IMG/VR virus record: IMGVR_UViG_3300036760_000108
Coordinates: 1-58,802 of that record
DNA: 58,802 nt
Reading direction: 5' to 3' (one strand)
From: a virus
Lineage: Duplodnaviria > Caudoviricetes
Shown: positions 56,605-58,802 of the stretch, piece after piece
Position numbering within the stretch: position 1 is the stretch's first letter
How the letters are laid out: the number at the start of each line of letters is the position of its first letter
The notes under the pieces: generated by a model
Database searches by the model: none
What the model saw: the letters and a program-made list of their open reading frames with translations, nothing else
Told to the model about the DNA's origin: nothing
Position numbers and translations under genes: made by a program

Positions 56605-58427
56605 ACCAGACCCTCTGCCTCCAAGTCTTTGAAATGGGCTGTGAACTTGTCGAACTCTACTCCAACGACTGTAATTGGGCCATACCTGTTCTTGGCAAGG
56701 TCAGAATATAAACATCGTATGGGACTATCGGGTTCCTCTGACAGTATGCTAAGGAGAAGTACAGCTCCACTTTCTTCTTCAATCGTTCCACTCTCTTTAA
56801 GATCGCTGAGCGTTGGGCGGATTTCTTTCCCAGTTTTTGTGTCCTTAAATAAGCGCCTAATCTGACTAAGCGCAAGAATGGCACAATTAAGCTCCCGCGC
56901 AATGTCTTTGAGTCCACGGACAAATTTTGAGACATTTGCTTTCGCTCCATCTGATTCTCCTCCAATGTGCTGGATGTGGTCGTAGATCAATAGGTCCGGC
57001 ATTACTCTGTTGGCAACTCGACGGACTTGTATGATATCGGGAGAACACGCATCACAGAGAGCAAGTCGTTCTCCAAATCCTTTAAGTTCCCCATAAGCTG
57101 CGTCAAGTCTAATTCGGTCTTCATCCGTAAAATGGCCAGTTGTGAACTTATCACCTGATAACCCCGATAGAACTTGTAGGAGTCTATCGTAGGTTGAGTC
57201 AACAGACATTTCGGAAGTGAAGAATAATACTCTCTTACCTTCCCTTGCCATTCGAGCAGCGATTGAGACAGCAATCGAAGTTTTTCCAATTCCCGGTCGA
57301 GCGGCGATTGTGAAGATTTCTCCTCGGCGCAAACCCCAAGTGTGCTTGTCGATGACGGACAGGCCGATGGACATTTCGGGAACTGTGAAGTTTTTCCTGT
57401 CGAGCAATCGTGCTTTGTGTTCATCGAGTTTATCTCCGGGGGTAGAATATTCAAGTTCTGATACAGACTGATCTGCTGGTTTAAGAGTCTCTTGGCCTTG
57501 GTCATAGACTTTCTCCACGATTCGCAAGTGGTCGTCCACTCTGTCGTTTCTGCCGAGCGCATGAGTTTTGAGAGCTGCAAGGGCATCCTCTTTGCTAAGT
57601 CCTGCTTTCTTATAGTGAACTGCCAACGCGAAGTCTGATTCTGATCGTGAGGCATAGACCGTATTTTTAAGTGCTTTTGCTTTTTCACTTTTAGGAGCCA
57701 TTCCACAAGAATTAATTCGCTCAAGAATGTTATTCTTAACGTAGGGCATAAGCGGAAAGTCAAGGAATCTGGCGTGACGCCACTGAGCTCTATCACCTTT
57801 GGTTGAAATTGTGCCCAGAAGCTTAACCATTCGTGCAGTGTCAAACGTAGCGTCAAGGGTTACTCCTTCCCCATGAACTTTACGCATCTCGTCTTCAAAA
57901 GCGCGAAAGCGTTGTTCAAAGGCTTTAAAATCTGTCGTAATAGGACTTTGCAATCGGTAAATAATAAGGGCACCGTTGCCACTGGCGGCAAGGTAACCCC
58001 CCGGATAATGCTGCAGTACTCTCCTAGCTGCTTGTATAGAGAGGGAAGTCTGTTCAGGCGTTGCTGCTGTACCGCGATTTCGATTCGGGTCAATATCTGC
58101 AGTGATCGTTCTAAATTCGTGCAGAGTACCATCGGGTTTCCGGGCGGTCCGTCCAATATAACAATTTCCATGCCCATTATACTTTTTGGCCCATTCGACG
58201 ACATTCTGCTCTCCTTTGATGATCGAGCGGTTTACAACCTTGATCCGCTTGATCTCTTCATCATCTGGTGCTCGTCCACCATGTGAGGTCTTGAACTTCT
58301 CAATAGCTTCATCGAGAAGAGAACCATCAGCTATGATGCACCGCACGTCACTGGACCCATCACCTTCTGCGTGACCGAGAATCCGGTATAACTGCCTGAT
58401 TTGATTTTCCAAAATTGTTATCTCCAT
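56601..58427 (-). CDS. AEP-type primase fused to DnaB-like helicase
   Basis: ADID, SGNG, D..R..KL.GT, SRSESDF; AARPGIGKTS, SEMS, DHIQ, LSQ, DLKESG, KNRYG. Confidence 0.88.
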   Translation of the reverse strand: MEITILENQIRQLYRILGHAEGDGSSDVRCIIADGSLLDEAIEKFKTSHGGRAPDDEEIKRIKVVNRSIIKGEQNVVEWAKKYNGHGNCYIGRTARKPDGTLHEFRTITADIDPNRNRGTAATPEQTSLSIQAARRVLQHYPGGYLAASGNGALIIYRLQSPITTDFKAFEQRFRAFEDEMRKVHGEGVTLDATFDTARMVKLLGTISTKGDRAQWRHARFLDFPLMPYVKNNILERINSCGMAPKSEKAKALKNTVYASRSESDFALAVHYKKAGLSKEDALAALKTHALGRNDRVDDHLRIVEKVYDQGQETLKPADQSVSELEYSTPGDKLDEHKARLLDRKNFTVPEMSIGLSVIDKHTWGLRRGEIFTIAARPGIGKTSIAVSIAARMAREGKRVLFFTSEMSVDSTYDRLLQVLSGLSGDKFTTGHFTDEDRIRLDAAYGELKGFGERLALCDACSPDIIQVRRVANRVMPDLLIYDHIQHIGGESDGAKANVSKFVRGLKDIARELNCAILALSQIRRLFKDTKTGKEIRPTLSDLKESGTIEEESGAVLLLSILSEEPDSPIRCLYSDLAKNRYGPITVVGVEFDKFTAHFKDLEAEGLV

Positions 58428-58802
58428 TCAGTTCCTCTAAAGTATAGCACGAAAGTGCTGAAATGTCAAGGCCTAAAGCTTAACCCAAGGAATCGTCTCT
58501 AGAATCTGCATCAAATGACGCGTCTGAGCTTTTGCGTCATCCAAGGCATTATGCTTTGTTCCCTCGAAGGCCGGCACAGGTGCATTGGACAACTTGCACA
58601 TGGTACGGTAACAGACATCATATTTGTAGCTAACTGGATACTTTTGATTGACAGCTTTGTACGCATTGTGAAGCACCACGTTATCATAGGCCGCCCCATT
58701 CCCAAAGATGTACGTCTCTTTGTTTGGAATGAACCGACTGAAAGCTCCAAGTGCGCTGGCCAATGAAACTGGATTTCTAAATGCTTCTCTGGCTTCCGGC
58801 TT
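58375..58802. repeat. Terminal direct repeat, right copy, containing variant 3' part of exonuclease gene (58473-58802)
   Basis: Same protein apart from two I/V changes. Confidence 0.95.
58441..58469 (-). promoter_or_regulatory. Sigma70 promoter of primase-helicase operon with palindromic spacer
   Basis: TTGACA-17-TATACT; AGCAC-N4-GTGCT inverted repeat in spacer; left copy (67-95) has TTGATA. Confidence 0.8.

Noticed and set aside
57002-57856. 284-aa alternative-frame ORF, and long antisense ORFs such as 12030-12635, 21625-22281 and 22796-23557
   Set aside because: They overlap well-supported genes and have no motifs; treated as shadow ORFs
1-58802. Stop-codon reassignment
   Set aside because: Core genes are full length in the standard code with tight coupling; no suppressor tRNA

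Overview
Essentially complete ~58.4 kb tailed dsDNA phage genome, assembled as a circle: positions 1-428 recur at 58375-58802 as a ~93% identical strain-variant copy. The virion looks podovirus-like (N4-gp56-type capsid, adaptor, nozzle, ejection proteins; no tape measure). The + strand block 13.4-41.2 kb is the packaging/structural/lysis module and includes a three-element tRNA cluster. The - strand carries replication and nucleotide/RNA-repair genes (41.4-58.4 kb and 0.1-5.8 kb: AEP-DnaB primase-helicase, PolA, NDT, dATP/dGTP diphosphohydrolase, Rnl2-type ligase, HAD, exonucleases) and an early region (6-12.6 kb: amidoligase plus GATase-II and many small ORFs); five homing-type endonucleases are scattered over the - strand. 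Most notable: (1) a circularly permuted, tRNA-Lys-like element broken in its anticodon loop, in a phage that also encodes RNA-repair enzymes; (2) a PolA with the steric-gate Glu and motif-B Tyr both substituted (E710Q/Y766F equivalents); (3) small post-capsid proteins carrying a copy of the scaffold C-terminal motif; (4) several unexplained structured RNAs; (5) a 9.4 kb stretch lacking GCWGC. All family assignments are from motif recognition by eye; no searches were run and the host is not determined.
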